Below are positions 51,810 to 64,000 of a DNA stretch of 64,000 nt, one piece after another. The stretch spans positions 3,459,967-3,523,966 of the forward strand of contig MU058636.1 in NCBI GenBank assembly GCA_013265495.1. Direction: 5' to 3'. The notes under the pieces are model-generated. The model made no database searches, was not told the DNA's origin, and saw nothing but the letters and a program-made list of their open reading frames with translations. The DNA comes from Vicugna vicugna. Lineage: Eukaryota. Position numbers and translations under genes: made by a program. Numbering within the stretch: the first letter of the stretch is position 1; the number at the start of each line of letters is the position of its first letter.

Positions 51810-52350
51810 ATATATTTTTTTAATTAATAGACTTAATTTTTTTAGAAGTTTCTGGTTCACAACAGAATTGAGCAGAATATACAGTTCACACATAGCCCTC
51901 CCTACCCACACATATACACTCCCTTACCCTCAACATCTCCTCATCAGTGTGGCATATTTGGTACAATAGATGAACCAACATGGACACATTATTATCAACC
52001 AAAGTCCATAGTGTACATTAGGGTTCACTCTTGATGTACATTCTATGGGTTTTAACAAATGCACAGACATGTAGCCATCACTACAGTATCATACAGAATA
52101 ATTTCATTGCCCTAAAAATCCCTTGCGCTCCATCTATTCATTCTTCCCTCCCTCCCTCTTCCCAAACCCCTGGAAACCACAATATTTTATTGTTTCTATA
52201 GCTGTGCCTTTTCAAAAATGTCATTTGGTTGGAATCGTAGTTTGTAGCCTTTTCAGACTGGCTTCTTTCATTTAGTAATATGTCTTCTAAATTTCCTCCA
52301 TGTCTTTCATGGTTTGACAGTTCATTTCTCTCTCTCTCTCTTTTTTTTTC
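51810..52350 (-). mobile_element. L1 3' fragment (L1MD/MB-like), antisense
   Basis: GGTTCACAACAGAATTGAGCAGAA...CCAAAGTCCATAG..TACATTAGGGTTCACTCTTG...GCCTTTTCAGACTGGCTTCTTTCA. Confidence 0.85.
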
Positions 52351-52676
52351 TTACTGCATATGTATTTTTTAATTTACATATATGTACTGTTCATTGTTTC
52401 AAAGAACATTTAGAGCTTTAACTTTTTAAACTTACATAGTTATCAAAGGAATAAAACCAACCACAAAATAAGAATTAATTCAAAAAGATACAAACATTCT
52501 GCTATCAACAGCAACATTATTTATAATTGCCAAGATATGGAAGCATCCTAAGTGAATCTGTATTTTTTAAAATTAAAAATACCTTTTGAGTACTTCACTA
52601 GAATAGATGAGTCTGTTTCTTGCATCCCTCGTAGCTGCAAAGTCACTAAGTTATTTCATTTCCATTATCCCTTAGA

Positions 52677-52896
52677 TTAGGATATCTCAACTTTGGCACT
52701 ATGGGCATTTTGGACAAGATCATTCCTTGTCGTGGGGGTCTGTCTCCTCAACTGCATGAGGTTTAGCAACATGCTTGGCCTCTGCTCACTAGATGCCAGT
52801 AGCACCCACCCAATGGTGAGAATCAGAGATGTCCCCACATGTTGCCAAATATACCCAAGCGTTGGGGACAAAAATCATTCCCTGTTGAGAACCACT
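52677..52896 (-). mobile_element. MER20 hAT MITE
   Basis: Reverse of the MER20 consensus: CTCAACTTTGGCACTAT...CACTAGATGCCAGTAGCAC...GTTGAGAACCACTG. Confidence 0.9.
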
Positions 52897-53619
52897 GACT
52901 CAGATCATTCCTTTCCAGCAGAGATCAGGCACTTGCCTCACACAAGGGCTGGATGAATGGCCAGGGAAACACAGCATGAGGAAACTGCTTTCTCACTGTG
53001 GCAGTGGTCATCTACAAAACAGTGGATTATTTTGCAGGCTAAAGCCCCAATCCCAGTCAGACTCAGGAGTTTCAATACTTCTTTGAGGAGAAAATTCATA
53101 TAATTTGTCAAATTATGAAATAATGGAGGTCAGGCTCAAACCAACTGTGTATTCTGTCTACACCTCTTCAACAACATGGCACATCCAATAGGAGTGTTCA
53201 TAGATGTGCTTGTATAGGCTGCCTACTCCGACATGTGAGATCTACATTTAGACAGTTACACGTGGAACATCCGATTTTTAAGAAAGTGAATGGAATTCAG
53301 TTTCACATAGGTGGGCACCTGGAATGCTCAAGTAAGGCAAAAATGAACTGAAGCAAACTTGCAAAAAAGTATGTAAGCCCAAGACTCTACATAACTAATA
53401 GGAAGCTGAGAAGGAAACGCTATATAAAATGGCTAAAAATATCTCCATTTGGAAACAGCAGATTGTGAAAGGGTATATGACTGACAGTCATTAATAATTA
53501 AGGGCCTGACTAAGATGTATATGCATTCATTCATCCAAGCTCATACTGAAGAAGGAAGGCGGTACTGTCTGATGGATGACTCCCATTTATGCTTCAGACC
53601 TCAGGTGCGCTAAGACTAG

Positions 53620-53810
53620 ATCAGGCCCTTAACACGTGCTCTCACAAGGCTTGCCAGGATTCGTACCCATTTAGAGTTATCTGTGTGATTATTTGACTGT
53701 CTCTCTTTCCTCGTGTCCTGGAAACTCCAAGAGGGCAGGGGTTGTATTCTACTCATCACTACAGCTCCAGGGTCTAGCTCAGTAAGTATTTGTTGAGTGA
53801 ATAAATGAAG
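53620..53810 (+). mobile_element. L2 3' end fragment
   Basis: AACTCCAAGAGGGCAGGG...CTCAGTAAGTATTTGTTGAGTGAATAAATG. Confidence 0.7.
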
Positions 53811-53859
53811 AAAGAGGGGGACCCAAAGAAGCTGCAAAGGAAAAAGCTAGAAAGATGAG

Positions 53860-55330
53860 AGAAGTACTAGGGAAAAGGAGGATCATGTAAATCAAGGGAG
53901 AGAAAAGTTCCATGGAGGGCGATCAGCAGTGCCTAATATCACAAAGGCACAATGAAAGACAAAAACAATAGACTGTCATTGGTTTCGGCAAACATGAAGC
54001 TCGTTGGCAAGTCAGAAGAGCTATTTTATCAGTTTTGGGAAGAGAAGTTAATTGTAGTGGGTTGAAGAATCAAATCAAGCATAAGGAAGTGGGGATAGCC
54101 AATTACTGGCTACTCTTCCAAGAAACTTGAATCTGAAGGGAAAGTCGAGCTGGGTCCATGGCTAGAGCGCCATGTGGAATCAAAAGACTGTTTCGTCCCC
54201 CAGAAGATAACAGTGTAACACTAGATGAAACTACCTGAGATAAAAGTCAATGTCAATAAAGACACAAAACACATTTCTGAAAAGCTGGGAAGGGACTGGA
54301 CTGGCCTTAAAGAGGTGGAAGCACATTTCTTCCCCTCGGACAGAAAATAAGGAAGACTGGAGAGGTTCTCGTGGAGGCAAACGATAAGGAGGCAGCTGAG
54401 GAAATTCTGGCATGATGCCTCATTCCCCACTCTCTGCACCCCTCTCCTTTTTACTGTAAAGCAGGTGGCAAAGTTGATGCAAGGAGAGAGGGTAGTAGTA
54501 ATGATACTAAAGGATCTGAAAAATGATAAGAAGGTGGAGTAACTACTTAGACCAGCAGAGGCTGGAGTTCATAAATCAGAACTGGCTTCAGGGCATAGTT
54601 ACATATGTGGAGCACGAGACAAGAGAGCAAGGTGCTGGCAGAAATGAAAGATCAGTGAGTTGCGGATAGCTAAAGCTAGTGTGAGGTGGGAGCCTCCAGA
54701 GAAGTAGGTTAGGAGCCAGAAAATGACTGGATTTATAATTCACACTGAATTCAAATAACTGAAGTGCTTCATGTAGGAAAGTGAGAGATTTAAGAAGACT
54801 GAGAAACACTTGGCAAAAAACAAACAGGAAGAAAACCAAGGCATTCTGGAAGCAGGAGGAGAGTATTTCACAAAGGTGGGAATGGCCAACGACTTCCTTG
54901 TCTTGAGCTTGGAACAAGGAGGCAACTCCATCTGGTGGCATTAAATCATGGAGATGGCTGAGACTACTCAGCCTGTGTGTGTCACATAAGAGAAAAAGGA
55001 CCAGGAGAAGTTCCTAAGGAGCATGAACATTAAGTGTGGCAGTGGTAGGAATACAAGACAGGCTGGAAGGAGACTGGGCAACTGTCACCAGAGAGGCAGG
55101 ACAGTGGACTCAGGGAAGCCGAGGGAAGGTGTTTCCAAAAGGAAGAATGAATCCCTAACAGTGAGACTGCTGCCAATCGTCAACCAATTGGTGACAAGGA
55201 AATCTTTGAGGACCTTGTTGACAGCAAAGTCAGTGAAGCTGTGGCAAAGAAGACAGATGACACTGGGTAAAGCATTGAGAAGAGAGCGAGAAGTATGTGA
55301 GTGGAAACAGAGCACAAACACTCTTCCAAG
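53860..55330 (-). mobile_element. Degenerate L2 fragments, antisense
   Basis: Purine-rich L2-like motifs CTACTCTTCCAAGAAACTTG, GGAAGCCGAGGGAAGGTGTTTCCAAAAGGAAG and GACCTTGTTGACAGCA. Boundaries uncertain. Confidence 0.5.
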
Positions 55331-57651
55331 ACATTTATGACATACAGTTAAAAAAGCAATGTGTGGCTGAGGAAGGTTTTTTTTTTTTTAATAAGATAGG
55401 AGATATTTAAGCATGTTTAAATATTGGTGGGATGGGGTTCATAGATCTGAAGAGACCTCCTTCTTGGAGACAGTGGGGTCAGGAGATGGTCAGCACATTT
55501 ACGGAGGGAAGAACTGCCCCGTGGCTGGCGGGAGGAGGTACTGCTATTGCAAAAGGCAGGGGCTTGACCTCAACGACAGGGAGCAAATCAAGGAGAAGAT
55601 TCCTGCTAGGATCTAAATGAGAGGATTCTGAAAGGGTTATGGTTAAGAAGGTTTATAGAAGGCATAAGATCACAAGAGATTAGCTCCAGAAGAGGAAAGG
55701 AAGCAGATTAAGCGTTAAAGACTGTGCTATGTCAGAGTTGGAACTGGGATGTGTGTTCTACACAGTTTGGGGGTATAAATAAGGCGTCAGCCTCCAGAGC
55801 ACAGTGCTTAAACTTCCATGGAGCAGTGATAGCAGGAAGACGCCTAGCCCTGCATTCTGAGGGCAATTATCCGGTAAATTTTGCCAGAACAAGGAAGACT
55901 TGCTTCAAGGTTAAAATTGAGACCTGCATTTACAGAAGTTCTAGAAGTTCTCCTGTTTAACTAGTAGGGGAAAATTCCCACAAATTTAATTTCTGATAGG
56001 GTGTTCCCCTATACTGCCTGGCCAATAGCAACAATATTGCCTGGCTATTAACAATGAAACTTTTTCACTTGGTACATTATAGCCATGTCTTTCAAAGGTT
56101 AGTAGTTATTTTTCTGTAAATCTACATTTAGCTTCTAGTCAAAAGTAACCTGTGACCTTCACGTATGGAATGTCTAAAACAAGTGTACGTGGGAGAAATG
56201 TATTAATCAACTGTAGATAAAGACAACTCACTGCCAACTGAGATATGGTTTAAGGATTTTATGTATCCAGTTCATTTATTAACAACTTGTTTAAACTTTA
56301 TTAGCTGGTTTTCTATTCTATAATTGCACTCTAATTTACAAGGCAATAAAAATTAAAATAGTAACTGGAAAAATCTATCTTGCTTTTCAATAAAGAGTCT
56401 TTTTTTTTTTAAATTAACTTCAGGGGCATTGTGCCCGAAACATTTTAGCTCTGGAAATAAATTCAATTTACATTTTTTTAGAATCAATTTTATTGAAGTG
56501 ATAGATTCTCAAAGGAAATGTAGACAAGCGATCTGGGACAACACATGCTTAAGATACCAACCACTGCCCTGTGCTTGCAAAGATCTGTTTTTCTTCATTT
56601 CCAAAGACTGTTGGTAGTAAATTTCAGTACGTTTATGATAAACGAAGAATAATCATTTCTGTCCTACAGAAAGGCTCTGCTGAGATTCTTCAGTTGTGGT
56701 CAGTAGTGGCAATATTCCAGAAGTCATTTTTAAAGAATACCCTTAGTATAATCAGCAGTTTTTCAAATATGTACTTTTATCCCTGTAATATTCGTGATAG
56801 CCATTTATCAAATTGTCCTGATGGTATAAACAACTGTACTGTCTGATGCCTCATGGTGACAGAAACTGGAGGCAGAAATAGAAGTTGAATGCCTAAAGCT
56901 GTACTCCTAAGACTCAGCAGAGATCACTCAGCATCAGTAGTTGAAGCGATTCTACAGCCAAATGAGTAAGTAAGCTCCAACGCTTTGGTCAGCTGAAGCA
57001 TGAAGTACCAGGGTCTCCTAACAGAGCAAATTAAAACGAATAGTCACAGCTGTAATAAACGGAGTACACAGCTCTTGCTGGGCACTGTGCTGGCTCCTTT
57101 ATATAGATTCTCTCTCACACTCGTATTATTAACCCCACTTTAGAGATGAGAAAACTGTGGTTCAGGAAGGTCATATAAATTATAAATTGTATAAAAATCA
57201 CAAAATAAATGACAGTCTGAGATGAATCCAAGTTTGACTGGGTTCACATTAAGCTTCCATTTCTGAATTTATATTAGTTAACAAACTCACCTTTGGCCCT
57301 TTAAAATATTATTTGGCCCTGAAATCTACATAGGGAAGCCATCATTTACAAACTACCCACACATCTCCATTTAAATGCCTGCTTCCCCACTTCCCACCTC
57401 CACCGGGGGGGGGGGTGCTTCTAGTGCACTGCGGTGGGAAATGCTGCACTCTTAGAGGTTTTAAATTTGAGGGTTTAAGAAAGGAAGAGATGGAAGAGCA
57501 GGCATAGCCTAGGGGAGCAGGTTTCCAGGCATAGGTCTCATGTTTATGGGTAACCTACCAGGGCCCAAAAATCTATGCTCCTGAACTGCCTGAATATTTT
57601 CTTTCATTTCATAATACTGCCTGAAATTCTGCCAAATTAGGATTTTATTTG

Positions 57652-57815
57652 GATGTCATCTCAATTTTTAATGCATATGCAAATCACCTGGGGATCTTAT
57701 TAAGCTTCAGAATCTGATTCGGGGGTTGAGGAGATGGGCCCAAGAGGCTGCGTTTCAAACACGCTCCCAGTGATGCTGGTACCACTGGGCCTCGGACCAC
57801 AGTTCGAGCAGCAAA
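57652..57815. mobile_element. MER5B-like MITE
   Basis: AATCACCTGGGGATCTTATTAA...TCTGATTC...GCTCCCAGTGATGCTG...GGACCACAGTTCGAGCAGCAA. Confidence 0.8.
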
Positions 57816-58361
57816 GATGCAGAAGTTGTCTGATTTGCACTCTCTGGCCGCCCACCACAGTTTCTCATTTGGGGGAAATCTCCCCTTTGTACATCATAGA
57901 GGGAGGGTTGAGTTAAAAATTAGCAAATTAGAAAGAGGACCTCACTCTTCTGTAACCTAACATCTAGGTGTGGCATGTGGCCTGGGTCTGGCCAATCAGA
58001 AACCTCTTTCCAGGGCCATGATACTTGAGGCCAAATTGGAAAGATGCAAGGACAATTCAGAAATAATTCCCAGCAAGGGTGGCATTGAGAGTTCAATGTC
58101 AGTGGTGCTGGAGGCAGTGTCCTGTTCAGATCGTTCCTTGGCTTGCCTGCCTAGCTCCGCTTGGTCATTTCCTGAAAACTGTGAAGTGTCTGCCAGTTAC
58201 AAGTGCCCGTACACCGCCTTCAGCCCACGGGAGGGAAGCGGGCAGCTATCTGATACAACACATTCCTACTTTACTCGGGCTGAGCTACAGATTGAGGGGA
58301 CAAGCTCAAATTCTCAATATTCTGAAGTTCAAAAATCAGAATTTTCATAAACACTGCACTA

Positions 58362-58709
58362 CAAGGGTCAACGGTGTAAAAGGTAAAACACCTTTTCCGT
58401 AAAGGTGTTTTAGGGGTTCTGTGGCCTCTGCTGCAACCGCTCACTTCTGCCTCTGCAGGGCATAAGCCGACATTCATGGTGTTAAACAAATGCACTATGT
58501 TCCAATAAAACTTTATTTGTGGCCCCTGAAATTTCTGAATTCCATGTCCTTTGATGTGTCATGAAATATTATTTTTCTTTTGATTTTTGTCCAACCATTT
58601 AAAAGGTAATAACCAAAAAAAAAAAAAAGTAACCATTTCTAGCCTGAAGGCCATACAAAAACAGGGCGGGGGCTGGGTTTGGCCCACAGGCACAGTTTGC
58701 TGCTCCCAG
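58362..58709. mobile_element. MER58B-like hAT MITE
   Basis: TGTTCCAATAAAACTTTATTT...TGTCATGAAATATTATT...CAACCATTTAAAA...GCCATACAAAAACAG...TTTGGCCCACAGGC. Confidence 0.85.
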
Positions 58710-59849
58710 TTTTGAAGCAGAAATACCTTGATCCGATTTATACTACACATTTTTCTCCTTGAAACCATGCATTTATTTCTTCTTACTAAGAAAACAGGAA
58801 GTTACTCTGAAAAATTAAGAGTCTGTACCTCCTAAATCCAGCATTTAGATGATGTCATTTACTTTCTCGATATTTTGATTTACGGAAATGAGTTACAGTA
58901 ACTTAAAAGGTGAGCAGTGACGGAATATACTTCAGTTGGCTAATTAAACATCTCCTAAATAGGCACACAAGCAGGAATAATGTAGTAATAGACTCGGAGG
59001 ATATCTTCGTCTAAACAGAGATCTGACGAACTGAGTTGATTTTAAAAATGTGTGCAATGCTATTTTTACGGGCAGCATGCTATGCATATTGGTAGGAAAT
59101 TTTATCATTAAGAGTTACAAGGCTATACCAGCCTGAGTTTTCTCAAACTAACCACCATTTCAGGCAGAGCCACTAGGATCAAACTCGAAGCCTCGGGTAA
59201 AGGGCCCTGGTGTTAACAATATCCTTCTTCCAGTCACCAGTGATACAACTGTGGTGAAAACAATTAGGCGACTTCCTTATTTCTCCTTATTCAGTCTTGG
59301 TAGCCAACTTCCAGTGCTCCATTCAGAGCAAAACCCCCAAAACGTGAAGAATACTAAGCCCCTCCACTCATCTACTTATGAACCACATTTCCAATTACAC
59401 ACACCTGAGGCACAGCGACTCCCTCCTGAAAGGGGCAGGGGTGGTAGAGGGATTGCAGGGGCTAACAAGCACCGACAGCGACGGCTATCTTCCTCAGCTG
59501 GTGCTTCTTAGAACACCCACCACGCCGGTCAGGCCCCCAGACACACAGGCTCTTCCAGCACCACTTCTTCTTTTTCACCAAACAGAGCTAACAGGCTTCA
59601 GAAACGGGATAGCATAACAGACCGGACAGCGAAAACTGTGCAAACCCCAATGGCAGTTCACCTGCAGCCGAAGATGACGACTTGTCTGTTGGGCGGAGGT
59701 TTAACTGTATCTAGAAAACTGATCTTCCGCTGTCCCGTGAGGGCAGCGAGGCTCTAGTGTCCCCACTCTGCGGGATCTCCAGGAAGCACGGCTTCCCTTT
59801 CCCAGTTCACCCTCCCGTTCTCCTCAGCATCTGCTTCTCTCACAGAGTA

Positions 59850-60298
59850 CACAGTGGCGGAATGGTGCTTCTCCAAAAAGGTATGTCCCTTTTCCAACCC
59901 TGAAACTTGTAAAGTGAACTTATTTGGAAAAATGGTCTTTGCAGATATAATTAAAAATCTCGAATGAGGGCATCCTGGATTTAGAGTGGGTCCTACATCC
60001 AATGACAGGTGTCCTCATAAGAGAGAGACAGAGGGAGACTGGAGACAGACACACAGGGAAGGTCATGTGAGAGACAGGCAGAGACTGGAGTGATGCTGCG
60101 AGAAGCCAAGGAGTGCTGGCAACCCTGGAAGCCAGCAGAGATGCGAGGGACGGCTTTTCCCTGAGCCTCCAGAAGGAACCAACCCTGCTGATACCTTGAT
60201 TTTGGACTTCTGACCTACAGAACTGTGAAGAATAAATGTGTTATTTTAAGCCACCAAGTCTGTGGGTAATGTTATGGCAGCATTAGGAAAACTATTCA
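59850..60298 (+). mobile_element. MaLR solo LTR (MLT1B/C-like)
   Basis: CTTATTTGGAAA..GGTCTTTGCAGAT...TCCAATGACAGGTGTCCT...AGCCTCCAGAAGGAACCAACCCTGCTGA...AATAAATGTGTTATTTTAAGCCACC. Confidence 0.92.
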
Positions 60299-60649
60299 CA
60301 GTATGAAAGATGGTTCATCCTAGGACACAGCCAAGCTTTAAGCAGTGAAAAGAGGTTGATAAAGGTCTGCAGTTCTGTATTTAGCAGAAGAGGCATGTGC
60401 CTAAGGTTGCAGGGGCACTGGGATTAGCTCTTTTAAAATAAAGCCTTTTCCACCAACTGTGTTGCATTTCTCATTTCATGTTTAGAAACTATGTCCTTAT
60501 CCTCTGTTAAAAAGTCAATTTTTCTGAGAGAAGTCACACATTATCTTACAAATTAAATGCATCAATCTTACTGTAAATAAGTCTAGTTCCTTTTTCATTT
60601 TTAGCGATTTAGTCTGTATTTCTTTAAGCCTGGTAGTGTACTAAGCACC

Positions 60650-60830
60650 TTAAATGCACTACCTTGTTTAGCCAGTACAGAATTCTGTGAGGAAGGCACT
60701 ATTCCTATTTTACAGGTGAGGAAACCGAGAAAACAATGTCATTCAGTGCCTCACTTGTCTGAGACGATACTCTAACGGCAGAGCCAGGCTACGAGCTACT
60801 CTGAGTCTGGCTCCCAAAGCCTCTGTTCTT
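60650..60830 (-). mobile_element. MIR
   Basis: CCTATTTTACAGGTGAGGAAACCGAG...GGCAGAGCCAGG...GTCTGGCTCCCAAAGCC. Confidence 0.75.
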
Positions 60831-61207
60831 CACTGTAATGCCTTTCCTGCCTTGCCTTCAGAGAGTGTGGTTTGATGAATAAAGAGAAAAAAGCACAGGT
60901 CACAAAACAGGGAAAGAATATGGAAGGGGCGGAAATAAGATAAATACAAAAACGAAGTTTTAACACACCAAAACCAAATCTATATACTTTAGAACTTGAA
61001 TCAGCTCTTGTGTTAATGAGGACAAAGGTCATGCATTTCACCTCTGCATGTTTATCTTTGCTCAAGTGTAGAGAAAGCTTAGATTGTCTCAGCAGAGTCT
61101 GCAGCCATCCACAGTTCTCTGACAACCTGCCAAGAAGTTTATAAGTGCATGCACTTAATTGGCAGTAATATGGATAAAGCAGGTGATTACAAATCCAGTG
61201 TATTCCC

Positions 61208-61566
61208 TGAAGATGGGTGTTTGTGTCCTGTGCCCCCAAATTCATATGTTGAAGCCCTAATCCCCAACATGGTATTTGGAAGGGGGCCTTGGGAGGTAAC
61301 TGGGTCATGAGGGTGGAGCCTTCATGAACGGGATTAGTGCCCTTATGAGATAGACACAAGAGAGATGATCTGTTTCTCCTATCATATGAGGATACAAACC
61401 AGGAAGGCAGTCTACAAACCAGGAGGAAGGCCTTCACCAGAATCTGACTATGCTGCACCCTGATCTCAGACTTCCAGCTGCCAGAACTGTGAGAAATAAA
61501 TGTTTGTTGCTTAAGCCACCCAGTCTATGGTAATAATTATTATAGCAGCCTGAGCAGACCAAGACA
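61208..61566 (+). mobile_element. MaLR solo LTR (MLT1A-like)
   Basis: CCCCAAATTCATATGTTGAAGCCCTAATCCCC...GGGATTAGTGCCCTTAT...AGAACTGTGAGAAATAAATG...AAGCCACCCAGTCTATGG...GACCAAGACA. Confidence 0.92.
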
Positions 61567-64000
61567 ATGGGTCAACAGTATTTCCTTTCTGTGTGAAGGA
61601 AAACACTCTCGTCTTGGTAACTCACCAGCAGAGAGAGTAGGAGTGAAAAAGAGGTCTGAGGCATTGCACAGAAACAACCCTTCTGCTCAAACAAGTACAC
61701 TAATACAGTAAGCAATAAATGATTCAATTCTCATTCTTAAAAAAAAAATCACTTGTGACTTTCTAGATGTTAATGAAAATTTTCAAGTGTTGCAAACCTG
61801 TTTTAGCGCATAACTGGGTTCTCATTTCACCCTTAGTCTAAGGTAACTTTCTCACTTTGAACTGCGGCCATCTTATTTTATGTTCAGAAGGCAATTTCAG
61901 TAAGTGCTTAATTTAATCAATCTGCATCCACATAATGACACATGGGGCTCTACTTACACATCCTTCATGTAACTGGGCCTCTGTAAATCTTGGTCTTTCT
62001 ACGTGGTATACTTCTGATTTGTGTGCAGCTTTCTTGTTCAAGCACTATATTAAAATGCTCAGCTTCCTACACTTGTAGGGACAATGAGAATAAAAGCAGT
62101 TTTGGTTACTTCGTATCAAAGGAAGTTCATTCCGATTATTAAGTGTTTTGTTAAATGCCCATCTTTTTGTGCAACTGTGCTAGGTGCTTTACCAAGATGC
62201 ATCGAATAGGTAAGGCCCATGCTCCTTGGAGTAACTATATATTACATATTTTCTGGAAGAGTTCTGATTTCACACAATTCCCTCTTCTTAAATAAAGGCA
62301 ATTTTCATTTTCATATCCTTATAAGATTTTTCATATAAATTACTTCTCAAAAAATAGTATCACAAGTCTTTCAAAATAGTCTTGTCCAAAAGTCAACCTC
62401 ATGAATGTGTGTATTCTTATAAATTATATTTTCATTAATTCAAATGTAAAAAAGCAAGAATAGCTGGAAGGTGGTAGAAAAATCTTATTCTAACCAGAAA
62501 TGCAGTCATAAGGAAATTGTTGACATGTATAGACATCTTATTCTGTATTGTTTTACTTCTGATTATGGTTGTAAAGCATTCTTCCAGGATTAACAAAAAA
62601 TGACTAAGTTCTTTAATTAAGCTCAAGAATGAAACTCCACTTTTAATAGATGGCATAGTATCTTGTGGTTTTGAAGCCACAAACAGGTTAATGAAAAACA
62701 TTTAAATCCTTTCAAGTCTGGAGAAAACTGAGATTGTCTAAGCAGAGAATAAAATCAGTTTAAGACTAGTAAGAAAATAAATAAATTTGAGTATTGTATT
62801 TTTTAAGTTTTATTTTACATATTTTTATAGTAATAATAGTTAATATTCACATTCCAATCATTTTAGTGAGTTCTCTACACATATTTTAAAATGAAAAATG
62901 GCTTATACTGGCTCTCAGTAAATTTAGTGTATCCTAAGTCTAGCTGACCACGAGACTGCACCTGAAACTGCTTCTGTATTGATATGTACCTGGATAGAAG
63001 GTGTTACTTGGGAGGAAATAACATAGCTTCTGACCTAGTTCTGCAGGCTTATGATGTGAGAGTAAGCATGACTTCAAAGAACTGACTTTGAGTAAAAATT
63101 TAAAAGGATGAATATGATGTCACCAGGTATGAAAAGATTCTAGGACTGTTCACGAGTATTAGGGGTAAGTCGTGCTGATAAACACTCCAATCAGGAAGTA
63201 CCTTTCTTTCATCATGCAAGTCAGCAACAGACTGCACGGACACATAAGAGATAAAGTGTCCATCTTGGCCTTTTGAGACTCTTCAATTACATCTTGTAAT
63301 GACATAAGAATTTAATTTTGAAAGCAATTCTAAATGCAAATTCTCCACTTCACTGATAGAAATTGAACTATGTACTATAAAAATTAAAAAATTAAATATC
63401 TAATTAGCATTATACTAGCAAAGACAAATTTAGAATTCAAGACTTCACAATCATGTAAGATTATTTTAATGTAATTCTGTTAATTAACTGAAATTTCCTT
63501 TAAATTTTTTTACATCTTTTATTTCTCAAAACACTTTTCTAATATTTCACTAGAGCATGGTATCACAAGAGTAAATCTCATATCAAAGAACTTTGCTAAT
63601 TCTGTGTCTCTGGCATAAGGTTTAAGGAAAAAAAGAAAGTAATTTTCAAAAACTTTTGCTTTCCCTAACTCCTGAAACCACTCTTGAGAATAAGTATTTA
63701 TAGATATTATTTGAAAATTTGGATTGACAGAGACCTGGAATATGTGTCATGGATTTTATCAAAACTGCAAACAGTTTCATTAGAAAAGCACAGAGGCCTC
63801 CCACACTCATGGTTTAATCTCACAATCACCTAGATATCTATCAACAAAACTCTAAGCAGTTGTTAACTACAGATGCCAAGGTCTGACAGTTTCACTTTCA
63901 GTTTTCAGAATATCTACTGTTTCAGTGGTATAAGAACATCACTTGAATCTCTACAAAATAATTAGTTATAATTGAACCTTCCATTAGATTTAGTACTAGA

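Noticed and set aside
59662..59710. Possible 49-nt minus-strand exon (TTTTCTAG|...CAG|GTGAAC)
   Set aside because: Weak donor, short pyrimidine tract and no recognisable peptide.
60796..61458. Longest ORF in the window (220 aa)
   Set aside because: It runs antisense through an MLT1A LTR and into a MIR, with no protein similarity I recognise.
51085..61566. LTR pairs as a provirus or composite transposon
   Set aside because: The two MLT1A-like LTRs are inverted and diverged. The co-oriented pair at 59850 and 61208 belong to different subfamilies and flank a MIR, not an internal retroviral sequence.
1..64000. CRISPR arrays, operons or other prokaryotic systems
   Set aside because: The sequence is mammalian and CpG-depleted. 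The recurring roughly 70-bp motif is a dispersed SINE in both orientations, not a repeat-spacer array.

Overview
Mammalian nuclear DNA, most likely from a camelid (alpaca/llama/camel). This is inferred from about 11 dispersed copies, plus one duplicated partial copy, of a tRNA-Ala(AGC)-derived SINE resembling camelid Vic-1. The window looks like intronic or intergenic sequence dense in eutherian repeats: 5'-truncated L1s, L2, L3/CR1, MIR, MaLR/ERVL solo LTRs and hAT MITEs (MER5A/B, MER20, MER58B, MER103). I recognise no cellular protein-coding exon. The only recognisable protein sequence is the L1 ORF2p C-terminus ending at 20939; the other ORFs look like chance. The main oddities are an apparently perfect 414-bp tandem duplication with 3-bp junction microhomology, a poly(A)-only insertion flanked by an 11-bp target-site duplication (TSD), a SINE with a 3' unique extension, a three-layer nested TE stack, and a CpG-enriched patch followed by two exon-like non-coding segments. 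I do not see evidence for a new biological system. Repeat subfamily names come from recalled consensus similarity and boundaries are approximate; confirm with RepeatMasker/Dfam.
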